From a virus: a DNA stretch of 64,000 nt. The stretch lies in the IMG/VR virus record IMGVR_UViG_3300045988_176028. One strand, 5' to 3'. The notes beneath the pieces were generated by a model. The model ran no database searches. It was not told the origin of the DNA and saw only the letters and a program-made list of their open reading frames with translations. Below are positions 52,344 to 61,190 of the stretch, one piece after another (within the stretch, counting starts at the first letter, position 1; each line of letters begins with the position of its first letter). A program made the translations under genes and the position numbers.

Positions 52344-52802
52344 ATGGTGAAGGACTTCTCTGCTTGGGCCAATGCGTGGAACGACTACAGCAGGTCGGAT
52401 GTCAATTATCTCGTTTTCGTCGTGGGTGGCACGGCGGCTCTCGTCGTCCTTGCTCTTTCCCTCTTATTGGAAAGCAACGGCACCGTTCTGACCTTTTTCT
52501 GCGGTTTAGCCGTCATCGTAACCCTAGCTGGCATATGGGTTGTGAACTTCTACCCGATTTGGATGGAGGATTCCCCTGAGCCAGCCGTCTTCACCACTCA
52601 GGTCGAGAAGGAGTTCGGCGTGCATGATTTCTCGTGCCCACCCGACGTCATGTCCGTCAAGGACGCTCTGCCCGATGCGGGCGCCTACCAGTGCACCATC
52701 ACCGACGGCAAGGACGATTCGACAGTAAGGGACGTGAGGCTCATCGTGACGGCGGACAACAAGGTCGGACTCTACGACGCTGACGGAAAGGCATTGAAAT
52801 GA
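52344..52802 (+). CDS. small two-TM membrane protein, paralog family member B2
   Basis: 152 aa. Motifs: KDFSAWANAWNDY, two TM helices, SC...YQC, and DNKVGLYDADGKALK at the end. Confidence 0.7.
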   Translation: MVKDFSAWANAWNDYSRSDVNYLVFVVGGTAALVVLALSLLLESNGTVLTFFCGLAVIVTLAGIWVVNFYPIWMEDSPEPAVFTTQVEKEFGVHDFSCPPDVMSVKDALPDAGAYQCTITDGKDDSTVRDVRLIVTADNKVGLYDADGKALK

Positions 52803-53284
52803 TAGACATGAGCGAATGGGCCTCCAATCACCACGGTCTGTCGGACTGCATATACATGGCGGCATTGTCCACGGTGCTGGTTTTCGCCGTGCTGGGCGTC
52901 GTCTGGCGGGCGGGCAGACGCTTGGTGCTTCGCGCGACGCATCGTATCCCACGGGACGCCCAGCCATTGCTGGAGGACACCAAATTCGTCATATGTCTGG
53001 CCCTTGTGGGCGGCTTCGGACTGCTCCTGACGTTGAACCCCGGTCTTCTCGTTCTCCCGAAGGACACCACGTTCACCGAACAGGTGGCACGACAGGCCGG
53101 ATTGGAGGCGTTGTCTTGCCCGACCATCCCTGATTCCAAGTACATGCCCGGTCAGGGCAGGTACGAGTGCGAATACGTGGACGCGAAAGGAAAGGCCCAC
53201 GACCTGAGCCTGCTGGTCGCATCCGGCGACAGGGTATGGCTTTACGACCACAACGGCAAGCCGATGAAGGTGACGACGAAATGA
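52799..53284 (+). CDS. small two-TM membrane protein, paralog family member B3
   Basis: 161 aa with an ATGA overlap. Motifs: MSEWASNHH, two TM helices, SC...YEC, and GDRVWLYDHNGKPMK at the end. Confidence 0.65.
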   Translation: MIDMSEWASNHHGLSDCIYMAALSTVLVFAVLGVVWRAGRRLVLRATHRIPRDAQPLLEDTKFVICLALVGGFGLLLTLNPGLLVLPKDTTFTEQVARQAGLEALSCPTIPDSKYMPGQGRYECEYVDAKGKAHDLSLLVASGDRVWLYDHNGKPMKVTTK

Positions 53285-53487
53285 ACCCAGAAGACAATCC
53301 GATGCCGCTCGTCTCCGAATGTAATCCGGTGGATGCGGTCGAATGCCCATGCTGCTTGACCGTGTTCCGCGTGCGCACGCTCATGACCGACGGGAACGGG
53401 CAGCTCATGGGCGACGGATACGAGGCCATCCCCATGTTCTGCCCCATGTGTGGCGGACGGCTCGAACAGTCGGAAAGAAAGGAATAG
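53281..53487 (+). CDS. zinc-ribbon protein
   Basis: ATG 53281 (ATGA overlap). 68 aa with ECPCC...FCPMCGG. Confidence 0.5.
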   Translation: MNPEDNPMPLVSECNPVDAVECPCCLTVFRVRTLMTDGNGQLMGDGYEAIPMFCPMCGGRLEQSERKE

Positions 53488-53491
53488 GATA

Positions 53492-53758
53492 ATGGCCGAC
53501 CCGAAGTACATGAGGAAAATACAGGACATGTGCCGCTGTCAGGATTGCGGTCTCATGGCCGACAATGCGGACATCGACGTGGAATTGGATTGTGACGAAA
53601 TCGTGTTTGAGTGGAGCGACGCGGACGACAGCCAGACATGTAACCTACCGCCCTGCTACGGCGGACACAGGCTTCAGACCGATATGACCGCCTACGACCT
53701 GTTGCTGGAGCTTGGCGTCATAGACGACCCCTACGCGCGAAACAAGGAGCGAGATTGA
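53492..53758 (+). CDS. Cys-rich acidic small protein
   Basis: ATG 53492. 88 aa with CRCQDCG...C...CNLPPC. Confidence 0.45.
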   Translation: MADPKYMRKIQDMCRCQDCGLMADNADIDVELDCDEIVFEWSDADDSQTCNLPPCYGGHRLQTDMTAYDLLLELGVIDDPYARNKERD

Positions 53759-54054
53759 GAAGACTATTGGCATTACTGCTGGTACCCATGTGCCTGATGT
53801 GCGCCGGATGCGACGAAGTGGCCGACGAATCGGAACAGGAAACGGACACCACACCGGCATCCCAGTCGGAGAAGACCGTCACCGGCTGCGCCGACTACGA
53901 CACCAGAAACTCCGCCGTTGATAGTGGCGGTATCGGTGAATGCGAACTCACGCTGCACGACGGGCGGCACGTCACATGCGCGGTAATGTCCGACTATAGG
54001 AAAGGCGGACTGTCCTGCGACTGGGCAAACGCCGCCAAGGAGGCGTCCAATTGA
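53755..54054 (+). CDS. putative lipoprotein
   Basis: MRRLLALLLVPMCLMCAGCDE is a signal peptide with a non-canonical lipobox (CAGC). TTG start overlapping the upstream stop. Confidence 0.45.
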   Translation: MRRLLALLLVPMCLMCAGCDEVADESEQETDTTPASQSEKTVTGCADYDTRNSAVDSGGIGECELTLHDGRHVTCAVMSDYRKGGLSCDWANAAKEASN

Positions 54055-55028
54055 CTCAACACATCGAACTCAAAACCCCATGCCCGGACTGCCGGGGTCG
54101 GCTGACACTGTCAGTACGTCACACGCCGCTATTGGGCTGGCATGCGGTGCGACTGGCATGCGAGAACGGTTGCGACCTCCACTGGTACTACTACGACCTG
54201 CCGAACGGGCGGGCATGGTTTTCGACCGTCGAACAATGCGCCGACTATCACGACGGCGTCATCCGCAGGGAGGGGGAGGAGAACGAACGGATACTGGCGT
54301 TCGAATGCCCAAACTGCGGGGAGTGCCCGCACGTGTCAAGCAAAAGCATCGGACGCCAGACGTTCCCCACCGCCACATGCCGGTGCGCATCCTGTTGGGA
54401 CGTGGACCTGCACTCAGCGCTCTGCGAATGGCTGACGGAGACCAAGAACAAGAAGAACGCGGACATCCTCGAAAAAATCGGCCGTTCCACGACGTTTCAG
54501 GCGGAACCCGATTGCCCGTTCTGCGGCGGGCCGGTGTTTGTCCGCATCATCGAGACCGGCGATGACCGACGCTGGGGCTTCACCGTACACCATGCCAGTC
54601 CATGCAATCTCGAACCATTGCTACAGGGGCTACGCCCATGCGACAGAGCGCAGGAGATGGCGGACGACTTCGACAGGCACTGGCGCAAGACCGTGGCCGC
54701 CGTCAAGGACACGCCCGACTGTCCACACTGCGGCAGGCCGCCCGAATGCGCATGGGACCATACGTCCGGCCTATGGTCCGTCGGCTGCGGAAAATGCGAC
54801 AAACCGAACAACGGCGTATCCGACGACATCTTGACTGCGATGGCATCATGGCGTGAACATACGGACGCCTACCGACGCAACCACGACGGCGAAGGATTGC
54901 AAAACCAACTGACCGAATACTGGAGAAAAACAAGACAGGTGACAGCCTACCCCTCCCTTACGGAAGGGGATTGCGGCCTAAAATCCGTTCGACCGACTTT
55001 CCGCAAAACTTGTCGCAACCTCAACTAA
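54051..55028 (+). CDS. four-module Lar-like zinc-ribbon protein
   Basis: CPDCRGR...CENGC; CPNCGEC...CRCASC; CPFCGGP...; CPHCGRP...GCGKCDK...ILTAMASWREH. These are four CxxC-type modules in 325 aa. Confidence 0.5.
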   Translation: MTQHIELKTPCPDCRGRLTLSVRHTPLLGWHAVRLACENGCDLHWYYYDLPNGRAWFSTVEQCADYHDGVIRREGEENERILAFECPNCGECPHVSSKSIGRQTFPTATCRCASCWDVDLHSALCEWLTETKNKKNADILEKIGRSTTFQAEPDCPFCGGPVFVRIIETGDDRRWGFTVHHASPCNLEPLLQGLRPCDRAQEMADDFDRHWRKTVAAVKDTPDCPHCGRPPECAWDHTSGLWSVGCGKCDKPNNGVSDDILTAMASWREHTDAYRRNHDGEGLQNQLTEYWRKTRQVTAYPSLTEGDCGLKSVRPTFRKTCRNLN

Positions 55029-55109
55029 ACCCCTTACCATGAAGGTAACAACCTCAAACAAATCCGGTTGCAAACTCGAAGCATCCATCCCAAAAAAAGG
55101 GGAAACAAC

Positions 55110-55745
55110 ATGGTCGAAGCGGAAACCCAGTCCATATACGATTTAGAACACCTGCCCGGGCATAGGGAAATCCGAAGACCAAAATATGCGGTGAAATATT
55201 GGCCACAATCGGAAACCTGCCAACGCAATCCCCGCAAATACGTGCTTGTCGCCAAATCTGACAGCCAACGGACAATCCGTAACATCATGCGTCGTATCGA
55301 CACGCAGGACGGCAATCATCAATACTCCTCGTTCCGCGTCCGCTCACTGGTCGATTCGGACGAATATCCGGAGGGCGTTTTCTCGACTGAAATCCGTCAG
55401 GATGATGACGGTAATTTTCTCCTCTACGTCGCATACATTCCCGCCGAAGACGAGCCGGAACCGAACCCGCGCAACGAGGATGTGGTGAAGACAATCCGCT
55501 ACGGTGCGGAATGCACTCTCGCAGGTGACATGAAAGCGGCACTGCGAGGCAACGGCAACAAGCCAAAAGACATCGTCCAAGTGACCGGAACAGTGGAACA
55601 GTGGAAATGCCGGTTCGATGACCCGAACGTGGCATTCCATTCCGAACAGCTCCACCTGTGGACGGAAGACCGCGTGTACGGGTTCATGCAGTCGGACGGG
55701 TGCGCCGTGGTTGTAGACATGCCGAGAAATCCAGCCTCGGATTAG
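55110..55745 (+). CDS. hypothetical protein
   Basis: ATG 55110 after an AAGGGGA RBS. 211 aa. No domain recognised. Confidence 0.45.
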   Translation: MVEAETQSIYDLEHLPGHREIRRPKYAVKYWPQSETCQRNPRKYVLVAKSDSQRTIRNIMRRIDTQDGNHQYSSFRVRSLVDSDEYPEGVFSTEIRQDDDGNFLLYVAYIPAEDEPEPNPRNEDVVKTIRYGAECTLAGDMKAALRGNGNKPKDIVQVTGTVEQWKCRFDDPNVAFHSEQLHLWTEDRVYGFMQSDGCAVVVDMPRNPASD

Positions 55746-55837
55746 CTTCCTCCAAGCCGGTCGATGTGCGAAAAACGGATTGCCTCCGGCTTTAGATGTC
55801 GAAAGCAATCCGATAACCCTCTTCCTATCGGGAAGGA

Positions 55838-58800
55838 TTAATGCTTCCTACCCGTCTTTTGCGGCCTCAACAAGACGAGGCCGACAACAAGCGACAGACT
55901 GGAGATGGCGGCAAGAACCAACAACAATCGGCCTCCCGTAAACGGCATGGATGCTATGGGAGTTTCCAAGTACGGCATCACAACGCGGATGATGCCGCAA
56001 TTCTCGTACACATCCTCATATACCGGGCTTGCCATCTGAGAGGGTGATGGGAAGTCGTTCAGATTGATATAAGCGCCTTTCATGCCGGAAGTATCCGAAA
56101 TCGGGTCTGCGGCACTGTTGGTCGCTTTTGTCGAGCCTTTGGCGTTCTTGGCCGTGACCTTCAATTTCAACCAAGAATCTCTTCTGCCGGGAGAGAACCG
56201 AACCTGATATCCGCTACCGGCGGGAATGCCGACGATACGGTAGGTTCCGTCTTTGCCCGTCGTGTCGGCCAATGGTTTTCCATCGTATCCCAAAACGGGG
56301 GTTCCGTTGGAATCGGTCAGAGTGACGGTCACATTGGAGGCGAGCGCGTCGGTATCCTCGCGGATGCCGTTTCCGTCCTTGTCGTACCATACGATGCCTG
56401 AAACGACTCGTTGGACTACGGTGACGTCGGCGTCGGTTTTGTTGTATCCGTCTCCCCAACGGATGCTGTACAGGTCGGCGGGACGGTTGTTGGAAGGTTG
56501 GATGGTGATGTCGAACATGAGGCTTGAGCCTCCCGGCAGTGGTTTGTCTCCCACCCATGCCCAAGCTGTTGGATGCAGGTTTTGCGGGATGGCGGCTATG
56601 CCTGTCGTACTGTCGAACGGTAGTGTCTTCCAATCTTTTACGTCAGTGGTTTTGATGTTGCTTGGGTCTGTGGTCAGGTATTTGCTGTCGGTGGAGTAGA
56701 CAAGATGCCCGTCTCCAAGTTGGGAGCCGTTTCGGGGGCTAATGTGGATGCCTGCCAAAACCCAGTCGCCATGATAGGAGCTGAGTGTGTTGGCGGTGTT
56801 CGGCATGATGGCCGTGGCTATCGGATTGGACAACGGTGTTTCGAGATTGTTGGTTTTGATACTCTTCCAATGCAATGCCGAGTTGACCTCATTTACCAAC
56901 GGGTCAGCCTTGATAGCCAAAGTGGTCAGTTCCAAACGACTGATTTTGATGGTGTACTCGGAATGTGTCAAATCCATTTTCGGTCTGACTGGAGAACGAT
57001 AAGTGGAAACGGAAACCTTGTTCGTCAACTGTTCCGCGTTAACCACATCATTGTCCGGGTCGGTTGCGTCACCGATGCTGGTCGAATAGTGGATTGTATA
57101 CTGTTTGGACGTGTCGATATTGTCCAAATGCCAGACAAGAGTGGTGGTTCCGTCTGCGTTGAGTGTGGCGTTCGGTTCGATTCTCGTGCCATTGGCTACG
57201 CTTCCCTGACTTGGAGTGTTCTCCTTGTAGTCTCCGCCCAAATATGCGGTCGATGGAAGATAATGGAGTTTTGACGGGAGTGTGTCGGTGACCGTCATAT
57301 CCGTTTTGGTATCGACGGTATCCCGCCCATACAGGTTGGATGCCATGTTTAAATCCAGTTTCCAGTCCACGTAGCGTTGTCCGTTGTCGATGTCGTAGGT
57401 TTGTTTGGAGCCTTTGTTCCCGTCGCTTTGGTCTGTGCTTTTGGAGACTTGGGCGATTTCCGCCACGATGTGGAGGCTGTCACCGTAATGCCTGTCGGCT
57501 GTGTCTCCGCCCACATATCCTTGGACGTCATCCCATTTTGCCTTCTGATATGGGGTGCTGTCCACTCGTCCGGTCGGAGCGACTTGTTTGACGAGTTCTG
57601 CCGGGTCAAGTTTGTTTTTGCTAATCCAATTGGCCCAATCCTTATTGGATGCGTTGTCGGCGTCGAGACCGGCTTTTGCGGCCAAGTCTTTACGTGTCCA
57701 CATGAGGCTTTGCACAGTATATTGGGCGGTCTTGTTGATGATTTCACGTCCGGTTTTGACTTGGACGTCCAGTCCGAAAAAATCACGTCCAATACCTTCG
57801 TTGCCTTCCATCCAAGACGAGTTATATGGTGCGGCATTGTATGACGTGGCGAGAATGGCTACGATTTCGCCGTGTTTCTTTGCCTCGCTGATGGAATTGT
57901 AATAGTTCAGGTAGCCGATTCCAGCTTTTGCCTGTTCAGTGTCGGAAGACCATGCTTTCCCGTCTTTTTTGACACCATAAGCCAAGGTGCTTTCGGAGAA
58001 GATGTTCTTTCCATCACCCAAACTCGCACGATTCCATGTGGAAGCATTCTCATAGGGTTCAAGCACTGTTGAATCGATTTTCATGAGTCGGGTTCTGATG
58101 ACGGGCAGATTGGTTTTGTTTTGAGTGTAGCTTATGCGGGAGGCCAGCATGACTTTTTGGCCGCGCACGGCAATGTCGGAACCATCGTGAACACTGGAAC
58201 CTTTTTGCTGGAACAGTATACAGGAGGAATCCCTTGTCTGAGTGTCCTGCCATTCCCATCCGGCGCACCCATACTCTATACCTTGATTATATTCGGAGGC
58301 CATTCCGGACACGTAAAGAGGAATACTCACCCCAGTCTCATCATCTGAGATTATCGACTGATTGGAAGAGTCCGACGGCGCCGATTTGGCTTTAATGCCA
58401 CTGACACTGGATGCTTGAAGGTTCATATCCCAAACATCCTGTTGAAGGTTCAGGTCGCTTCCGTACTGGTCGGCCAGATTCTTATTGTTGATTTTAGTGG
58501 GATTCACGAGGTCGATGCCTGCGGACGCCCAATTGAGGATGCCGTTCTGCTGGTCTTTGTTGTTGGGGTTGTAATATTGGTCTAGATGGGATACGGTGAG
58601 ATGCAGGATGATGTAGCCGTTTTTGGTTTCCTGCGTCATTTTCCATTCGCTGGCATTGTCGTTTTTCTTTCGGGAGTTGAAAGTTTCGGCTTCTTTCGTA
58701 TTGCTTCTGTCCGACGGGTATTTGTGGAATATTGCCATCCAGCTGTTGCTGCCGTTGGCGATGCTCCAAGCTAATGGCTGCAAAGAATTCGGCTGGTTGG

Positions 58801-59572
58801 CTATAGGCGTGGAAGCGCCTTGCCTCCTCCACTGGTTTGAGATTTTAACGTCGAACGTGACCGGCTCATTAGTGGCCTCCAAGCCTTTGACGCCTTTTGC
58901 ATGGTCGGTGGAGGTGTTCGCCACGTTGATGGTCAGATGGGAGAGGACTCCGGTCACTTTGCCCGCTGTCTTGTTTATCGCATCATCATCCTTGGATTCT
59001 CCGAAATCGTAGGTGCCGGATTGGATTCGTTTCAAGCTCGCCAATTCGATGTTCCATCGTGGCGCGGCGCTAACGGTGACGGTTTCCAACTGTTTGGTGA
59101 CTGCCTCGCTATCAGTATTGTGTTCCATACTGGCTTGGACAGTCGGATGAATCTTGGTTCCATTAGGTGCGCCATACACGTTGATGGGCAGATTGACGGT
59201 AGCCGCGCCCGGAACGACGGTCGGATTATCCTTTGTCCCATTGATGTGACGCCAGCATGTCAACGTCTGGTATTTAGCACCTTTGACATCCTCATATCCT
59301 ACCTTGTATCCGTATCCTGCGGCTGTGTCCATCCAAAGCATTTCCTTGGTGGAGAACTCAGCCACGCTTGTATTGAATGTCATGGAGAATTTGAATTTGA
59401 TTCTGGCGTCCTTGTAGTAATCTTTACTGTTCTTTGACGCCATGGTGTAGGAGATGGTGTAGTTCAAGGAATCGTAGGAGCGGACGATGCTGTTATCGAT
59501 GCTTGAATCGTCTCCGGGATTGTCGTCTTTGTCGAATGGTGCTGTTCCCGTGGTCTTCGAGACTGTGGACAC
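55838..59572 (-). CDS. large LPXTG-like (MPFTG) cell-wall-anchored adhesin, body without signal peptide
   Basis: 1244-aa ORF. SdrD-B/CnaB-like module (VSGIVWYDKDGNGIREDTD...VTLTDSNGTPV...TTGKDGTYRIVGIPAGSGYQVRF). C-terminal MPFTGG, TM helix and a basic tail. This frame is open up to 59719 and, upstream of the GTG at 59572, encodes GVSSANAEETPATQ..., the end of a signal peptide. Confidence 0.8.
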   Translation of the reverse strand: MSTVSKTTGTAPFDKDDNPGDDSSIDNSIVRSYDSLNYTISYTMASKNSKDYYKDARIKFKFSMTFNTSVAEFSTKEMLWMDTAAGYGYKVGYEDVKGAKYQTLTCWRHINGTKDNPTVVPGAATVNLPINVYGAPNGTKIHPTVQASMEHNTDSEAVTKQLETVTVSAAPRWNIELASLKRIQSGTYDFGESKDDDAINKTAGKVTGVLSHLTINVANTSTDHAKGVKGLEATNEPVTFDVKISNQWRRQGASTPIANQPNSLQPLAWSIANGSNSWMAIFHKYPSDRSNTKEAETFNSRKKNDNASEWKMTQETKNGYIILHLTVSHLDQYYNPNNKDQQNGILNWASAGIDLVNPTKINNKNLADQYGSDLNLQQDVWDMNLQASSVSGIKAKSAPSDSSNQSIISDDETGVSIPLYVSGMASEYNQGIEYGCAGWEWQDTQTRDSSCILFQQKGSSVHDGSDIAVRGQKVMLASRISYTQNKTNLPVIRTRLMKIDSTVLEPYENASTWNRASLGDGKNIFSESTLAYGVKKDGKAWSSDTEQAKAGIGYLNYYNSISEAKKHGEIVAILATSYNAAPYNSSWMEGNEGIGRDFFGLDVQVKTGREIINKTAQYTVQSLMWTRKDLAAKAGLDADNASNKDWANWISKNKLDPAELVKQVAPTGRVDSTPYQKAKWDDVQGYVGGDTADRHYGDSLHIVAEIAQVSKSTDQSDGNKGSKQTYDIDNGQRYVDWKLDLNMASNLYGRDTVDTKTDMTVTDTLPSKLHYLPSTAYLGGDYKENTPSQGSVANGTRIEPNATLNADGTTTLVWHLDNIDTSKQYTIHYSTSIGDATDPDNDVVNAEQLTNKVSVSTYRSPVRPKMDLTHSEYTIKISRLELTTLAIKADPLVNEVNSALHWKSIKTNNLETPLSNPIATAIMPNTANTLSSYHGDWVLAGIHISPRNGSQLGDGHLVYSTDSKYLTTDPSNIKTTDVKDWKTLPFDSTTGIAAIPQNLHPTAWAWVGDKPLPGGSSLMFDITIQPSNNRPADLYSIRWGDGYNKTDADVTVVQRVVSGIVWYDKDGNGIREDTDALASNVTVTLTDSNGTPVLGYDGKPLADTTGKDGTYRIVGIPAGSGYQVRFSPGRRDSWLKLKVTAKNAKGSTKATNSAADPISDTSGMKGAYINLNDFPSPSQMASPVYEDVYENCGIIRVVMPYLETPIASMPFTGGRLLLVLAAISSLSLVVGLVLLRPQKTGRKH

Positions 59573-59657
59573 GTCGGCGATTTTCGCATCATCGCCTGTA
59601 AGCGAATCATGTATGGTCGCGTCGCTTGGCGGGTTCCAGCTTTGCTGGGAAACCCCA

Positions 59658-59783
59658 TTATCGGTAGATTGTGTGGCGGGGGTTTCTTCGGCATTGGCCG
59701 AGGAGACACCCCCCCCCCGCTAGGATTAGCGTTGCGGCGATAAAGGCGGACAGCGTTGCTCCCGCTCTATGAAGCATTCTCAT
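59658..59783 (-). CDS. 41-aa leader ORF encoding the adhesin signal peptide (out of frame with the body)
   Basis: GGAG RBS, then ATG 59783: MRMLHRAGATLSAFIAATLILAGGG... It enters the poly-G tract and, with 10 G, terminates at 59658. With 9 G it fuses in frame to 55838..59572. Confidence 0.7.
   Translation of the reverse strand: MRMLHRAGATLSAFIAATLILAGGGCLLGQCRRNPRHTIYR
59709..59718 (-). repeat. homopolymeric G10 tract (C10 on the plus strand)
   Basis: Counted directly: aggagaca[cccccccccc]gctagg. The end coordinate of track ORF 59487..59723 confirms the count. I noticed no other G/C run of this length. Confidence 0.95.
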
Positions 59784-59996
59784 ACCACTTACTCCAATCG
59801 GATTCCTTAGATGTTTCCTTTCCTAAAATACCTTGAAATGTCAGTTAAAAACCGTTCTGCGGGGATTTTGGGACAGGAAACCGAAAGACCCGAATGCAGT
59901 GGTGCGGCATTCTTCCCCGTCCGATAGAGGCGGGCGAACCTCGGCAAAATCAGCTGAAAATCCCATCCACGGCGTCGAAGACGCCGGAGACGCGCG

Positions 59997-60854
59997 TCAG
60001 ACGGCTACGGGAGCTTTGATTGACGGCCACGGGGTGTAGTCGATGAGATGGAACATGTCCGGCTTGTAGTCGAACAGGCTATCCGCCTTGTCGATTTCCA
60101 TATGCGGCCACGGGCGTGGCTCGCGCGACAATTGTTCGCACACTTGTTCCAGATGGTTCAAATACACGTGCGTGTCGCCGCCGACCCAAATGAACCGTCC
60201 CGGCTCCAATCCGGCCTGTTGGGACATCATCATGGTCAGCAGCGAGTAGGACGCGATGTTGAACGGCACGCCCAAGAACATGTCCGCCGAACGCTGATAC
60301 AGTTGGCAGTCCAAAAACTTGTTGCCGCGCACGTGGAATTGGAACAGGGCGTGGCATGGCGGTAATGCCATTTCGTCCAATTCTCCCGCGTTCCATGCGG
60401 ATACGATGATTCGACGGCTGGACGGGTTATGTCGGATAAGGTCGAGCGCGTTCGACAATTGGTCTACCGTGGTGCCGTCGGTTTTATGCCATGAACGCCA
60501 TTGGACGGGATACCCTTTGCCAATTGTTCCGTCCGGCAACACCCATTCATCCCAAATGTGGACGTTCTGCTTTTGCAGAGTGTTGACCTTGTTGTCTCCG
60601 GCAATGAACCACAACAGTTCCGCGATGATGCCACGCAGGAACACTTTTTTCGTGGTCACGAGCGGGAAACCGTCTTGCAGGTTGAATTCCATACGCGTGC
60701 CAAACATGGACAACGTTCCCACTCCGGTACGGTCGTGAGTCAGCTCGCCTTCCAGTACGACTTGTCGTAACAGTCTCTCATATGGCTGGTCGCGTTCCAA
60801 TGTTCCGGCAACATAATTTTTGGCTTCTTCAGGTGTCATACGTTTTCCTTTCAT
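59997..60854 (-). CDS. thyA: thymidylate synthase
   Basis: [44 protein letters not shown] and [20 protein letters not shown] are canonical ThyA motifs. Confidence 0.9.
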   Translation of the reverse strand: MKGKRMTPEEAKNYVAGTLERDQPYERLLRQVVLEGELTHDRTGVGTLSMFGTRMEFNLQDGFPLVTTKKVFLRGIIAELLWFIAGDNKVNTLQKQNVHIWDEWVLPDGTIGKGYPVQWRSWHKTDGTTVDQLSNALDLIRHNPSSRRIIVSAWNAGELDEMALPPCHALFQFHVRGNKFLDCQLYQRSADMFLGVPFNIASYSLLTMMMSQQAGLEPGRFIWVGGDTHVYLNHLEQVCEQLSREPRPWPHMEIDKADSLFDYKPDMFHLIDYTPWPSIKAPVAV

Positions 60855-61159
60855 CAGCCCATTAAATGGGTCAAGTCTTGGTCGGTTTCTATTTTCAGAT
60901 TATCGTTCCGTTCTTTGCGACGACGATTATGAGTGCCCTCCAACCGGTCGGCTTTCTCCCGGCAATACCATTGGCCGAGAGGGAGAAGAACACTCACGAG
61001 CAGAGCCGCGATAAGCGCCAAACATTCCCAAGCACATGCCGTTCCCATAGAATCCCTATTGGCAGCGGAAGTATGTAACTCCAACCTAATATCGTGTTGG
61101 CCTTGTCCAGTCGGCTTATCTTTTTTCTGACTGTCGGGCGATGATTCTTTTTCAACCAA
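60854..61159 (-). CDS. hypothetical single-TM protein
   Basis: TTG start 10 nt after GGAGGG. 101 aa. One hydrophobic helix ([17 protein letters not shown]). Confidence 0.4.
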   Translation of the reverse strand: MVEKESSPDSQKKDKPTGQGQHDIRLELHTSAANRDSMGTACAWECLALIAALLVSVLLPLGQWYCREKADRLEGTHNRRRKERNDNLKIETDQDLTHLMG

Positions 61160-61190
61160 TCTTGTTAAGCCCTCCGAATCGGTAGGAGAA

